Shown: positions 1 to 13,009 of the stretch, in pieces
Numbering within the stretch: the first letter of the stretch is position 1
Layout: each line of letters begins with the position of its first letter
From: Octopus sinensis
Lineage: Eukaryota
Assembly: GCF_006345805.1 (NCBI RefSeq)
Contig: NC_043014.1
Coordinates: 30,628,001 to 30,692,000, forward strand
Direction: 5' to 3'
DNA length: 64,000 nt
Notes under the pieces: model-generated
Seen by the model: only the letters and a program-made list of their open reading frames with translations
Told to the model about the DNA's origin: nothing
The model's database searches: none
Made by a program: the position numbers and the translations under genes

Positions 1-491
1 TACCTGCTTTATGTTAAAACTGACCAGATACAACCTCTCACATCTACCCCTACAATAGCATTCTAAAAATATACAAACACACCATTGAAATATCAAAGCT
101 ATGTGACAATATATGATTAATTCAAAACAATGTGAATAAATAAGCAATACATTTGACAAAGAAATATGAATGCTAAAGAGTTAAATATTATTAGGAATTG
201 TATTCAAAAATTGTTAAAATATTTTATGTATTGTACAGAAGTTATGGACTCTGGTTGAGAATCACTGTGCTAGACAGAGCTGAACCCCTCCTCAGAATTC
301 CAATCTGAAATTACCTACAAACAGTGACACTAAAAAAAAGAACAATTTAAATCTTAAAGCTAAACAAAAAAATAATTAAATATCTGTTGCCTATACCATA
401 AAGTTATGGGGATGTAAACAAACCAACTCCAGTTGTGAAGCAGTGGTGGGAGATAAGCACAAACACACACACTCACACATATACATATATT

Positions 492-538
<47 letters not shown>

Positions 539-730
539 GTAAGGTCACTTGTGAGGTCTCCTATGAGTGCTACCGGCAACATGGAATCCAGTATAATTTG
601 TTGCATAGTCATGCTATCAGTAACTAAACCTCAACTATCGCAGCTGTTACGTTCCAAAATCTCCCACAGAAATAATTAAAAGCTAAAAAAATTTTTTAAC
701 TTATCAGCTGCAGAAACCCAGATATACTGA

Positions 731-1119
731 GGCGCAGGAGTAGCTGCGTGGTAAGTAGCTTGCTTACCATCCACATGGTTCCAGGTTCAGTCCCACTGCG
801 TGGCACCTTGGGCAAGTGTCTTCTGCTATAGCTTCGACCAAAGCCTTGTGAGTGAATTTGGTAGACAGAAATTGAAAGAAGCCCATCATATATACGTATA
901 TATATGTGTGTGTGTGTTTGTGTGTCTGTCCCCCCAAAAAAACATCGCTTGACAATCGATGCTGGTGTGTTTACGTCCCTGTAACTTAGCAGTTCGGATT
1001 AAGGGGACCGATAGAATAAATACTAAGCTTACAAAGAATAAGTCCTGGGGTCGATTTGCTCAGCTAAAGGCGGTGCTCCAGCATGTCCACAGTCAAATGA
1101 CTGAAACAAGTAAAAGAGT
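731..1119 (+). mobile_element. tRNA-derived, CORE-like SINE family A
   Basis: Head ggcgcaggagtggctgtgtggtaagtag...ggttcagtccc...caccttgggcaagtgtctt, internal TA/TG microsatellite, tail gaaacaagtaaaagag. Further copies at about 11567-11940, 25646-26048, 49165-49544 and 53797-54100 (+), and 2880-3230, 17230-17530, 36150-36510 and 59280-59645 (-). Confidence 0.85.
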
Positions 1120-2059
1120 ATATATGAGTCAGAAAAATCCACAATGTACTGAGTGCACGATAGGTGAACTGCAATGTACTGTGTGCGCAATAGGTGAACC
1201 ACGATATGGTGAGGAATTACTGTATATTGGTTTTGTAAAATAAAAAATTCATTATTTTTTTAGCACAGCTAAGTGCCTGTGTTTTCATTGCTGGTGCTAA
1301 CTTATTAACACAATATGAATAACACAAAAGATGAAATAGACCAAAGAATTAGTTATCGTGGTCAACTTCTATTGTTGTATTTCTGAAACAAACTCAAGAT
1401 TAGTGCATGTTGTGTCTCGCATTCACTTTCAAAGCATTTTAATTGAATGAATCAACTCCAGTACTTATTGCTTTTAAAACCTGGAACTTATTCTGTTGGT
1501 CTCTTTTGTCAAACCATTAAGTTATGGGGATGTAAACAAACCAACTCCAGTTGTGAAGCAGTAGTGAGACATAAGCACAAAGACACACACATATACATAC
1601 ACACACACACATATGTAAGGTCACTTGTAAGGTCTCTTATGAGTGCTACTGGCTTTGTGCTTATCTCCCACCACTGGTATGAGGATGTAAACAAACCAAC
1701 TCCAGTTGTGAAGCAGTGGTGAGAGGTAAGCACAAAGACACACACAAGTGTAAGGTCACTTGTGAGATCTCTTATGAGTGCTACTGGCAACATGGAATCC
1801 AGTATAATTTGTTGCATAGTCATGTTATCAGCAACTAAACCAGCATCCCCACTATGTCTGCCTGGTGAGGAGGGCTGCTAGAAACCCAGCAAGACAAAAA
1901 GGAAAACCTGTCAAAAGGACAGATGAACTTAGTGTAGGTTCCACAATCATCTGGCAATAGCACAGGCCCATAGAAATTCTGAGTTGGTGTCCAGTATGCT
2001 GGAAGACCACTGGAAATGAGATACCCTTCACCTTTTGTTAAAGTGTGTCTCTAAGAGAA

Positions 2060-2580
2060 GGTCACTGATATAAAAATAGATATCCAGGGAATGGAATTGA
2101 ACATTTTGGGGATCTTTTGTTTGCACTTGAGAATACAGCACTTCTACATTCCTGAGCTTGCTTGCTTGAGACAGCATTCACCCGGGGTGGGTTGAGCTGG
2201 CTTCTTTCATCCTCAATACTGCATCTCTCACCAAAGCCGACCAGGCCTGGCAATTTGAGGCTACCAACCGCATGATCTCCAACCACCCCCTATTCCAGCA
2301 GGGAACGCCTTATACAGGGGGGCCTAGGTTGGGTTCCAGATCAGCCTTGACTGTCATCAGCCAGGTTTTTCGTTGTCCACCACATTGCTTTCGCCAACCC
2401 TGAAGGGGAGCTGGGGTAATTGCTTCGTAGATGAATTCTCCTGGTTGACGACGGAGGGCATGACCCAGCCAAAGCAGACGTCTCGTTAGGATGACTTGTT
2501 GGAGGGAGGTGATTTTGCACTGGTGTCGCACCGAATTGTTGGAGACAATGTGATGCCATCGGACACGATCGATGCAGCAT
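2060..2580 (-). mobile_element. RTE-clade LINE 3' fragment
   Basis: Translates as RVRWHHIVSNNSVR...RRLLWLGHALRR...GGQRKTW, typical of the RTE ORF C-terminus. Confidence 0.75.
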
Positions 2581-2702
2581 AGAAAAGTCACAGCAAGATA
2601 TCTAGCATGAATATGGATTGCAGCGTACATGAGGATCCTTCAAACATTCCTCATGTAAGCCACAATCCATATTCACACTAAATATCTTGCCATGACTTCT
2701 CT
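2581..2702. repeat. Inverted repeat with 55-bp arms and a 12-nt loop
   Basis: Positions 2581-2635 pair with 2648-2702, with 46 of 55 Watson-Crick pairs. Confidence 0.9.
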
Positions 2703-3249
2703 CTGGATGATGTTGGTAAGGTGAAAAGGGACTGGATAAGCCTTATTGGATTTAAAATTTGAGGTTAGACAATAACCAGCAAGGCAACTTTCCAATGCTG
2801 ATCAAATAGGTAGATGTTGCGACAAGCATGGAAGCTGTGGGCATGAAACCAGGTGAAGTCTACAAATCCACTGACAAAAGTCAACAAAATCCAGTTTCTG
2901 TCTACCAAATCCACTCATAAGGCTTTTGACCCCAGAACTTTACACTTGATACTTACTCTATTTTTCTCTTTTGCTGAACCACTAAGTTATGGGGACATAA
3001 ACCAACAAACATTAGTTGTCAAGTGGGGCAGGGGGTGGCGAACACAAACACAAAGACATACACACGTGTGTGTGTATTTGATGGGCTTGTTTCCCCATCC
3101 ATCTACCAAATTCACTCACAAGGCTTTGGTTGGCCTGAAGCTATTGTAGATGGCACTTGCCGAAGGTGCAAGGACTGAACCCAGAACGATGAGGATTGGG
3201 AAGCAAACTTACCACACAGCTGCCACGCCTGACCCTATAACTGTATGTG

Positions 3250-3432
<183 letters not shown>

Positions 3433-5363
3433 GATTCTTCTGGAGGAATGAAAGTCGGCGCTGACTGGATCTGAAGCCTAGAAAGGAGTAGGATTAATCT
3501 ACATCCTAGCTATACATATTAGCCCATTTGATTAACTTCTATGTCGCTCTACTCCCTCTTAAACCGAAAATGTAAATAATTATGGAATCTAACATTTTCA
3601 CAAATGAAGCGATTAAGTCAAACCTGGTGACCGGTAACTATTTCATCGCCCCCGTAAAAGATAAGAAAAAATATATCACACAACGATTTAAAGGCAGAGC
3701 GTAAAGGCACGTGATTAATAAAAGCAAGCAAAAATAGTAAAAACAAAGCCTTCAACAATATCCAAAGAAAAGTAAAGAGTACTTCAACAACACTAACAAG
3801 AAGAAAAAAATAATTACAACAGCAATTAAATCTTTTCCAGGTCTTCTGAGGTAGGTGGGAGGAACTGCAACAGAATGTACTCCGTTAAAGACACGACACT
3901 AAAGAGCCTGCTGGTTGTTTTAATCGGAGCGATGATTTAAGGTTATCCCCAGTTTAGTCACGGATGCAAAACAAACTAAATAAATAAATAAATGAAAACC
4001 TGGGATGGTCACGAGCAAAATACCATTGCTGATTTGACCGGGTGCTTAAACAATAACAACTACAGTTGCAATATCTCCGATAGCAACAACGGATAAAGGA
4101 AACTACAAAAACAACTGCCACAAAATCAATAGCAAATTCTGCAGCAACAGTTTGGCTTATTAGCTAGTGTACTGAAAATAGAGAATAGACAAACGTGTAT
4201 ATATATATATAACTTCATGTTACTTTCGGAGTTGATCTGAAGCTTAGACAACAACTGTCAGACTTTGGAAAGTTATTTTGTATGTAGGTTTGAAGTGCAA
4301 TATTTTTTTTCTTCTGTTTTGAAACTTTTTTTTTTTTTTTTTTAATAATATATATTTTAAATGTAATTACTTGTATAAAATACAATTCCTACTTCATCTG
4401 ACTTAAGACGAGTCAAAATGTGAGATGGGGATGAGACCGGGTTGCAAAAAAATTACAAGGAAATTTATTAGTTTTCAAACTAAACTTAGGTGGATGTTCG
4501 ATTTGCTGGAAGTAATAGTGACATATTCCTCTAACACATGTCAGTCTTAAGTAGCAAGGATTCGCTGGATAATGTAATTCGCAGTCCGGAAATAAAAATA
4601 GGATTGACACAGCTGGAATGCTGAGCCGAAGTTAAAAATAGAAGAAAAAAAACTACAATAGCTTAACAGGTTAGAAATATCAAAATTCCTTCAATTTACA
4701 GGCTACTTGCAAAAAAAAAAAAAAAAAAAACGGGATGGCCACTGCTGGAACGTCTTTGATCAGGGCTAAAAACGTCTGCGAAGCAACTAGTTGTAAACTG
4801 GTTACGAACAAAACTATTGACTTATTTGCAGAACTCGTTACATCATAACTTAATATGAAGTATATATTATTATAAATACGTTTAAATGATATTTTATATA
4901 ATATCATACACATTCATAGAATAACTTTATAAATCACAGCACAGTTGTATATTATCTTTATACATCGTTCATAGTATTTTTATATACAAATTTATAATAT
5001 TAACAATTGTAGAGAGAAAAAAAGTACGACTGAACAGGAGTAAAAAAATAATAAAGCTTACGATAGGTTTAAACAATTGGATTTCATGTATTTTACATAT
5101 GAGTTGAAGGCCTAAAGGATGGATGTAGTGGGTACCCGAGGAAGACGATGTATTCAGAGAATATTGAGGAACATTCGGATGAGTGGAAGCCTTATTCACA
5201 TCTTACATCGAACAGGACAAAATGTGATGACTAACTAATCACCAGGCTGCGTACGTGTACATATCGAAGAGTCATGTGTGTGCGTGTGTTTCAGTGATAT
5301 ACATACACACATATGTATGTGTGTATGTATACACACACACATTGACTTATATATACATTGTTT

Positions 5364-5612
5364 GGAGTCACATGGCCTAGTGGTTAGAGCAGCGGATTCG
5401 CAGTCGAGTGATCGCGGGTTCGAATCTCAGCACCTAAGCTCCAGGCAGAAGGTAACGGCGATTTTCTGCTAACTCTCTCGCCTCAACTTTCTCTCACTCT
5501 TTCCTCCTGCATCTTGCAGCTCACCTGCGATGGACCGGCGTCCCGTCCAGGTGGGGAACCTATACGCCAATGAAACCGGGAAACCGGCCCTTATGAACCA
5601 GGCATGGCTACG
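5364..5612 (+). mobile_element. tRNA-derived SINE with Pol III A and B boxes
   Basis: A box tggcctagtgg, B box ggttcgaatct, then a cctgcgatggaccggcgtcccgtccagg body. A related copy lies at 58887-59110. It has no complete cloverleaf. Confidence 0.75.
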
Positions 5613-5994
5613 CATACATACATATATGTATATATGCATACATACTGATATATATACACACACACACCCCTATATATATATTATGTGGAGACACATGCCC
5701 TAGTGATTAGAGCATACATATTGATATTTATATATATGTGTGTGTTATTGATTTTTATATACATATATGTACAAACACATTGACTAAATGAACTATGTGT
5801 GTGGTTTGTATAAGCGAAATGCAGGCGCATGCATGGCTGTATGATTAAGAAGTTCGCTTCCCAGCCACGTAGTTTGGGGTTCAATTTCACAACGTGGCTT
5901 CTTGGGTCTCTTCCACTATAGCCCTAGAAGACAAGGCTTTGTGCGTGAATTTGATGGGCATAAACTGAAAGAAGCGTCCTTCTCTCTCTCTCTT

Positions 5995-6155
5995 TCTCTA
6001 TTGAGGAGAAACAACAGAGAGAATACGAAAGAACACATGAAAGGCGTCACTTCTCCGTTGCGTCAAGGAGCTTCACCTGCAGCAGATCTCATCGTAGCCG
6101 CAGATCAAGAGCACGTCTTGCAACCCACATGCGAGACTGCCAAAGATGATTACTG
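5995..6155 (+). mobile_element. RTE LINE 3' end (C-terminal C2H2-like motif)
   Basis: Translates as EEKQQREYERTHERRH...FTCSRSHRSRRSRARLATHMRDCQR-stop, resembling the RTE-BovB terminal zinc-finger-like segment. Confidence 0.55.
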
Positions 6156-6159
6156 AACA

Positions 6160-9100
6160 TGAATAGTCAACACTGACCTACAACAGACAGCTAAAAAAGG
6201 AATATATATATCCAGTTAACTGATTTGAATTAAGCAAAATGTTTAATATATGCTGGTCGTCGTTGCGGGCTTTCTCAATCCGAGGAGTTGCCCTACCCAC
6301 TTCAGTTTTATTTCCCATCCTAACATGAACTAGCAGAAACTGTGGAGATCCAAGATTATTTGAAATATTTGGTGACATAACTCCGTACGGAATCATTGGT
6401 GGTTTTCCACTGATGATAGCCAGTCTTCTCATTTTATCTGCAGTCTTTGGAGCTTCTTGTCTTTTTCTGTACCACTCGAAAAATTCCAGCTAAAACGGCA
6501 TATTCCTCAATTGCTCTCCAACCCTTCATTGACAGTCTCAAACTTCCTTGGTTGAATGCTGCAGAGTGTCAAGTTCCACTTCAAGATATCTCAGAACCTC
6601 ACTTGTGATATTCTTTGATGACATTTTCTTCTTACCAATTCAGAATAAAAGATGGGCTTTGGTAGTCATTTATTATCCATACTTCGAACATGGCAAATCA
6701 AATGCTGCCAATTGTTGGTAATCATTGCTTCGATGCTGTCATTTCTGCTTGTTCTAGAACACAGGTGTCGGTCTTTTGTTCGCAGTTAACACCGAGATGT
6801 GAGCGAAGGTTTTATAACTGAAACTGAACAATCTATTTAATGTAACATGAATAATGAATCCATATCTCGCAAGCATAAAGTATTGTGTACTGCATTTCTG
6901 AAATTATATTCGTTCATGTTTTAAACAAGAATCAGCTTCAGCTGAAGGCACCTCCATTGTATCAGGTCACTAAGAATATGTCCGATTTTCTTATGCACCA
7001 AGTTTGACAGTCGTTAACTCTAATGTTTTATCCTGACAATTCTTTGTTTTAAAACGTTGAAAAGTTACATCATCACATTTCGAAATGCAATTCATGGTGT
7101 CTGATTATATTGTGAGTTTTCTCTTGTAAATCAATTTTTGTGAACCCATGGATAGATAAAAAAATTCATGTTGTTTATGAATATGAGTAACGTCGTGGAA
7201 CCAAAGTATCCCAGATAAGTCGAAACATCAATGACGTAATTTGTGAACATGTGGCGAATGAGCGCATTGTACGTCGATGGTTTGAGAAGATCCGGTCTGG
7301 TGACTTTACTCTTGAAAATAAGTCCCGTGATAGACCAGAGACCAAGGTGGATAATGATGAGCTGGAAACTGTAGTGGAAGCGGATACATCTCCAAACTAC
7401 GCATGAGTTAACAGCAAGGTTTGATGTTTCGATTCCAACTGTATTGGACCATCTGAAACAAATCAGCAAGGTAAAGAAGTTAGACAAGTGGGTATCACAA
7501 GATCTGAACGAGCATAGAATAACATGTCGTCTTGAAACTTGCTGTTCTTGTTGTCACGGCATAAAAGCGAACCATTTTTGCATCATATTGTGACGGGTGA
7601 CGAAAAATGGATTTTTTTCAATAATAGCAAGCGTTCCGCACGGTGATTGGATAGAGACGAAGTGCCAAAACACAATCCAAAAAAGAATATTCACCAAAAA
7701 AAGCCAATGGTATCTGTTTGGTGGTCCAGTGTTGGTGTCATCCACTACAGCTTCATGAGACACGGTAAGTCAATTACAGCGGATGTATACATCAACCAAC
7801 TGGATGAAATGATGAGTGAACTTACAATTAAACAACCGAGATTGGTCAAGAGACAGGCCAATCCTCCTACAAGACAATGATCGACGACATGTTGCATAAA
7901 GAAAGCTACTCAAGTTACAAGAAATGAACTTGGGAGTACTGTGTCATCCACCATATTCACCAGACCTTGCACCAACTGACTATCACGTTTTCCAGGCATT
8001 AGACAAAATTTTGCAAGGAAAATAACTTCAAATCTGAAGATGCAAAAACGGCCTTTCGTGATTTCATCACCTCTTGCTCTCCAGAATTCTTCGCTGCCGG
8101 CATAAATAAGCTACCGATAATAAGACAAAATTGTGTTGATAATTTAGGCGCATATTTTGATTAACTGCATTGCTTTTTGTAGAGATAAAGTAAGATAAAC
8201 TTTCAGTTCAAATCGGACATATCATTCTTAATGACCTGATACATGGCTACTCGACAGGTGAAGAAGTCTCATTTTCATTAATAGCAGCTAGATGGACAGC
8301 ACAGGGGTATAGTGAGAAGAGGCTCCTTTGCTACACACCTCAAATAGCGTTGATGCCGATCCATTTGACAGCATTAAACATTCTACGCTGTTTTGAATGG
8401 ACGGCAACAAGGAATTTTGGTGGAATGCCAAGTTTCTTAAGTATTTTCCACAGTATTTTATGACATATGTGTCAAATGCTCTGATCATGTTCCTAAACAT
8501 TTAGCAGCTTGTTGCCTTTTTCCTGCAGCTGACAGACGACAAAAAAAAACATATCCACTCAAATCCAGAGCGAAATACGTTCTGTGACTTCGTATACAAA
8601 TTTACTATTTGTAGTTATTGTAATAAGATTCTTGCTAAGATTTTTCCAGAATCGTGAGGAATAAAATTCCTCTAGAGTTAACACAGTCTCCTTGATTTTT
8701 CCTGAAAATTGTCATGATTATGGCATCTTTGAAGTTCAATGGAACTTATTGTTTTTCCCAGATGAGGCGGAGGAGATGCTGCAATCAAGTAAGTAATAAT
8801 TGTCCACCTTTCTTGACGTTGTATGGCCTTGGGCATATGTTATTTTACATTTCACACTATTTTACATTTTAGTTGTTTGAAGCTCAGAGTAAGTTGAAGA
8901 ATAATCACGCTCAAGATGAAAGAGAAATTAAGGACGAGTAGGATTAATGTAGACAGAAGTCCATAGCTGGTTTTAATCATCAAGTCTATTTGATCAGAGT
9001 AATGCTGGATTTCTGCTGCTTTCAAGATCTTCCAATTATTTCAGATATCTCTGATCCTGATTTGAACTTTGGACTTCTTAGTTTTGTATATTTCCATTCT

Positions 9101-9790
9101 GGTAGTTAAAGATGGTTCGTTGTTTGAAGCAAGTCTAGCTTGTTTTTCTGAATGATTTGGGGGATCGGTCTCAACACACCAAATACTGTTTCGCATATCA
9201 TCAATGAACAAATCCTCTGTAGGGATAAATTCTATCACCATTGTCCGAGAATAGTTCCAACTCTGGATTCCGATTAGCATAGCAAAACATTTATTTTTTT
9301 TATAAATCTCAGAATCAACTTCATTTCGTCTCTACACACGACATACTTGTACGTAAATAGTGGCTTAAACATAAAAGCTGGTGGGGAAATATCTTTGGAA
9401 GAATGTATTAAGAAAAAAAGTAGGCTTTGCCAACTCAAATGATGTTGGAGTATCTTTGTACTGAGCATAACCTCGTCATCACTAAAACACAGTTCAGACT
9501 CCAAGAGAAACACAAAACTTTGGGGATGTACTCGAGTTCGAAACATTAACATCTCATCGATTATGTTATCAGCGGAGCCGCAAATTGATCGGGCGTTTAC
9601 ATCACTAAAGCTATGAGAAGCACTGACGACTGCAGGACGAATCAGCGATTGATTATCTCTAAAATCAACATCAATATTCTAGGAAATCGTGATATCGGGC
9701 GATTGCTGAATATTCCTGCCACAAGAGAAAGAAGGATCATGTTTCTAGTTCGTATGTTTCATTTTTGTTTTAGCTTCTACGGCAGATGCC
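6160..9790 (-). mobile_element. Heavily decayed RTE (BovB-like) LINE, interrupted by the mariner
   Basis: RT motifs are recoverable across frames in the correct order: FKDAIIMTIFRK, GKILARILL, DMFF, AFDT, NGSASTLFEV, HVRM. The sequence joins up across the mariner TA site. Confidence 0.7.
6962..8239 (+). mobile_element. Full-length (1278 bp) defective mariner DNA transposon
   Basis: TA-flanked TIRs tcaggtcactaagaat...atgtccgattt and aaatcggacat...attcttaatgacctga. Transposase relics RRWFEK, IVTGDEKW and HPPYSPDLAPTDY are broken by stops and frameshifts. Confidence 0.93.
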
Positions 9791-9824
9791 ATCCAATCAC
9801 CAACTACTTTACAGAATACACAGA

Positions 9825-10241
9825 GGATCTTTTCGGTTTGAACGGCAGTTTTTTCTAGCGGTGTCATATGAAATTATCACCCATAATTATGACCCTAGAA
9901 TCGATCTATTGCATTTCAATCTGTTTTAGGGTTAGGGTTAGGGGTGGGGGAAAGGGTATCTTTTTTCTTCAGAAATGTAAATAAACCCAATCTGTTTCTT
10001 AAACGAGGGACATATTCATACGGCACAGAATGTTTTCACCTCAATAGACGTCATTGATTGGTTAAAATTTGCAGAAATTGAAGAAAAACAACAACAAATA
10101 TCTTACAAACCATGGAATTTTCTCAATAAAGCCAAGAGAAAAAGATGTTTTATAAACACATTCTACCAGTATACGAAGTTTAAAAGTGTTTAGTTACGTG
10201 GAAAATATTTTTAAAAACTGCCGTTCAAACCGAAAAGATCC
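9825..10241. mobile_element. MITE with about 28-bp TIRs and an 8-bp TSD (Merlin-like), copy 1
   Basis: TIRs ggatcttttcggtttgaacggcagtttt and aaaactgccgttcaaaccgaaaagatcc. TSD tacacaga/tacataga. Internal ttaggg repeats. Confidence 0.85.
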
Positions 10242-12144
10242 TACATAGAGTGCTTTACCCTTTATTAATCATAGCGCCAAAGAAGACTGTCTTGGTCCTT
10301 GACAAGAGACAAAACGGTCTCCTCAGCTTCTTAGCTCATTCATCAGTTATTTTACAGAGTGCACGAGGTGTGTTTTATATTGGCGCCAGTACAAGTCGTC
10401 TGTTGACGTCAGTCATTGGACTGACGGTCATTCTGAAGCATTGACTTGATGTGTGTGTGTGTGAATACGGTTATTCAAAGAATGAGAACCCAGCCTGCAA
10501 GTTTTGCCACTTGTGTAAGGACGTTAGCCACGTTACAAGGACATTAAAAAAAAGAGAAAGCAAATAAATTAAGCGACGCAGTCAAAATGCATAACGAAAA
10601 TTACAGTATCACCAAATGTATTACGCTGTCAGCGAGAGGAAGAGGGAGGGGAGGTAGAGAGGAATCAATTAGACAAATACACAAATTGAAAGAGAAACGA
10701 AGAAAGATAAAGAAGAGAGCGAGAATTCTGTGAAAAATTAGACAGATATAGCGAACAGAGAGAGAGGGAGGGAAGCGAATAAGTTAAAGAAAGAGTATAA
10801 AAAGACAAAACAGTGCGTTCGTCAAAGAGGTGAAGAGGGAGGTAGAAAATAGAAAGAGAGAGAGAGAGAGAGAGGAGGTAATGTTGTTTGTAACGTTGTT
10901 TGCCTAATGACGTCTTATATATAATAATGTTGTTTATATAAAACTTTACAGCTGACATGAAGAAAAATAAATACATCAGAAGAGCTTTATCTCGCCCGCA
11001 AACGATGCGTATGTATATATATACACACACATGTTTCGGCCAGAGTTGGCCCAAACTATGACTGATTTGATAGCAGCACCTGGAAAAGACATTTAATGTT
11101 TCATATTACAGTTATTCTTTAGGCACCATAGCCTAGTTCAGTAGAGTCGTTAGCAGAGATATAACTGCAATAAATTATCTGGAATTTGTTGGAAATATTC
11201 ATCCAGGAACCGTTTAAATGTTATGAGATCTTTTTCTTCCCTTATGTGTCTTGGTATGATGCTAAGGAGAGCAGGGCAGTTAAGGTGAAATAGTCGTTAG
11301 TGCTGTGATGCGATGCAAGCATGATCGTTGTAGAAATTTGATGGCATTTAGACCAAGCCTTGGGTGAATTTAAAAGTTGATGCCAACATCATTTAGGCAA
11401 TGTTGCTGGAATGTTTTCCACGTCATACAAATGATATAGTGTTCTTGGAAGCGTTGGACGGGAAAGAATTTGAACATCTCAAGCCAATTCCAATAGTTAA
11501 GACGTCACATCGCCTACTTATTTTGTGATTGACCTCTGGAGTGCTTCAACTTTTATTTTTGTTAGGAGTGGCTGTGTGGTAAGTAGCTTGCTTACGAACC
11601 ACATGGTTCCGGGTTCAGTCCCACTGTGTGGCACCTTGGGCAAGTGTCTTCAACTATAGCCTCGGGCCAACCAAAACCTTGTGAGTAGATTTGGTAGACG
11701 GAAACTGAAAGAAGCCTGTCGTATATATGTATATGTGTGTGTGTGTCTGTGTTTGCCCCCCCCCCAACATCGCTTGACAAACGATGCTGGTGTGTTTACG
11801 TTCCTGTAACTTAGCGGTTCGGCAAAAGAGACCGATAGAATAAGTACTAGGCTTACAAAGATTAAGTCCTGGGGGCGATTTGCTCGACTAAAGGCGGTGC
11901 TCCAGCATGGCCACATGAGTGAAACAAGTAAAAGAGTAAAGGGAGTAGGGAGAGCACAGCAGATAACAGTATTCAAGGTAAGGACGTGTGTGTGTGTGTG
12001 TCTATATACAGCTATGCATTTTCCCCCCCAAAAAAAAATAAACTGGAGATAAAACACCCAGTAAAGGTTTATTGATTCGATTGATGCTCATTTAGAGAGT
12101 CACACACATACAAACAAGCCCATATACATACACATATAGGGTAA

Positions 12145-12480
12145 TGGGTAAAGACCCCCTTTGGTCATAAATGACCATTGGATTGTACCTAGAAAGTTAC
12201 CCTACGAGGTACAAATCCAGGCAATGATGTTTATCGAAGACCAGCAGTCGCCCATGCATACCAGTCTCCCCTCTCCATAACACTGATGTTGGCAAAGGCA
12301 AAGGCTGATACAGCTTGGCACCAGTGACATCGCAACTATTTCTACAGTTGACTGAACTGGAACAACGTGAAATAAAGCGTCTTGCTCAAGAACACAACAC
12401 ACAGCCTAGTCCGGGGATCGAACTCACCACCTCATGATTGTAAACCCGGCACTCTAACCACAGCCGTGTGCCTTCACTAG
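12145..12480 (-). mobile_element. tRNA-derived SINE (head ...ttgagcaagacactttatttcacg type)
   Basis: Reversed tRNA-like head at 12400-12478. The shared core gttgctccagttcactcagctg recurs at 17530-17790 (-), 53045-53350 (+) and 56815-57145 (+). Confidence 0.75.
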
Positions 12481-13009
12481 AAAGTGAACCATTAACTATT
12501 AGGTGTCTGTTCATGGGTACCAGCATGCAGTGAACTGTACCCCTTTGTGACACAAACTTACACCTAAGTCGTTTACGTTGTTGATAATTGTCTACAGTGA
12601 ACTGTATCTCACTGAGTGAGAAAGACAGGGGACAGCTCAGTATCTTCACCATACACATTATAGAACGCATTATTTCACACTGTGGACTAATATCAATACC
12701 ACTACCTCATGATTGTGAGCCCGACGCTCTAACCACTGAGTCATGCACCTTCGCACATACACATACATATCAACATGTTTATATGCGACTCTGTAGTAAG
12801 ATGTTTGTGTACCAACCACACAGTCTCAGGTCCAGTCTCACTGCACAGAACATTGGGCAAGCGTCTTCTACTCTAGCCCTGGGTCAACCAAAACTTTGTG
12901 TGGAGATTTAGTAGACAGAAAATGAAAGACGGTCATATTGTGCATGTATGTATACACACACACATATATATATATACACACACACATATATAGATATATA
13001 TATATCTAA

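Noticed and set aside
4413-5199. Minus-strand ORFs 4413-4610 and 4969-5199 as downstream exons of the 19-kb candidate gene
   Set aside because: Splice-like sites exist (acceptors near 4612-4620, donor at 5061), but acceptor choice and phase are ambiguous and no homology was recognised. They cannot be supported without RNA data.
5364-5440. tRNA gene
   Set aside because: It has A and B boxes but no complete acceptor stem, and it runs into a SINE body.
6160-9790. Long decayed ORF first suspected to be an endogenous virus, a RAG1-like/Chapaev element or a novel gene
   Set aside because: Across frames it yields ordered RTE reverse-transcriptase motifs (FKDAII, GKILARILL, AFDT).
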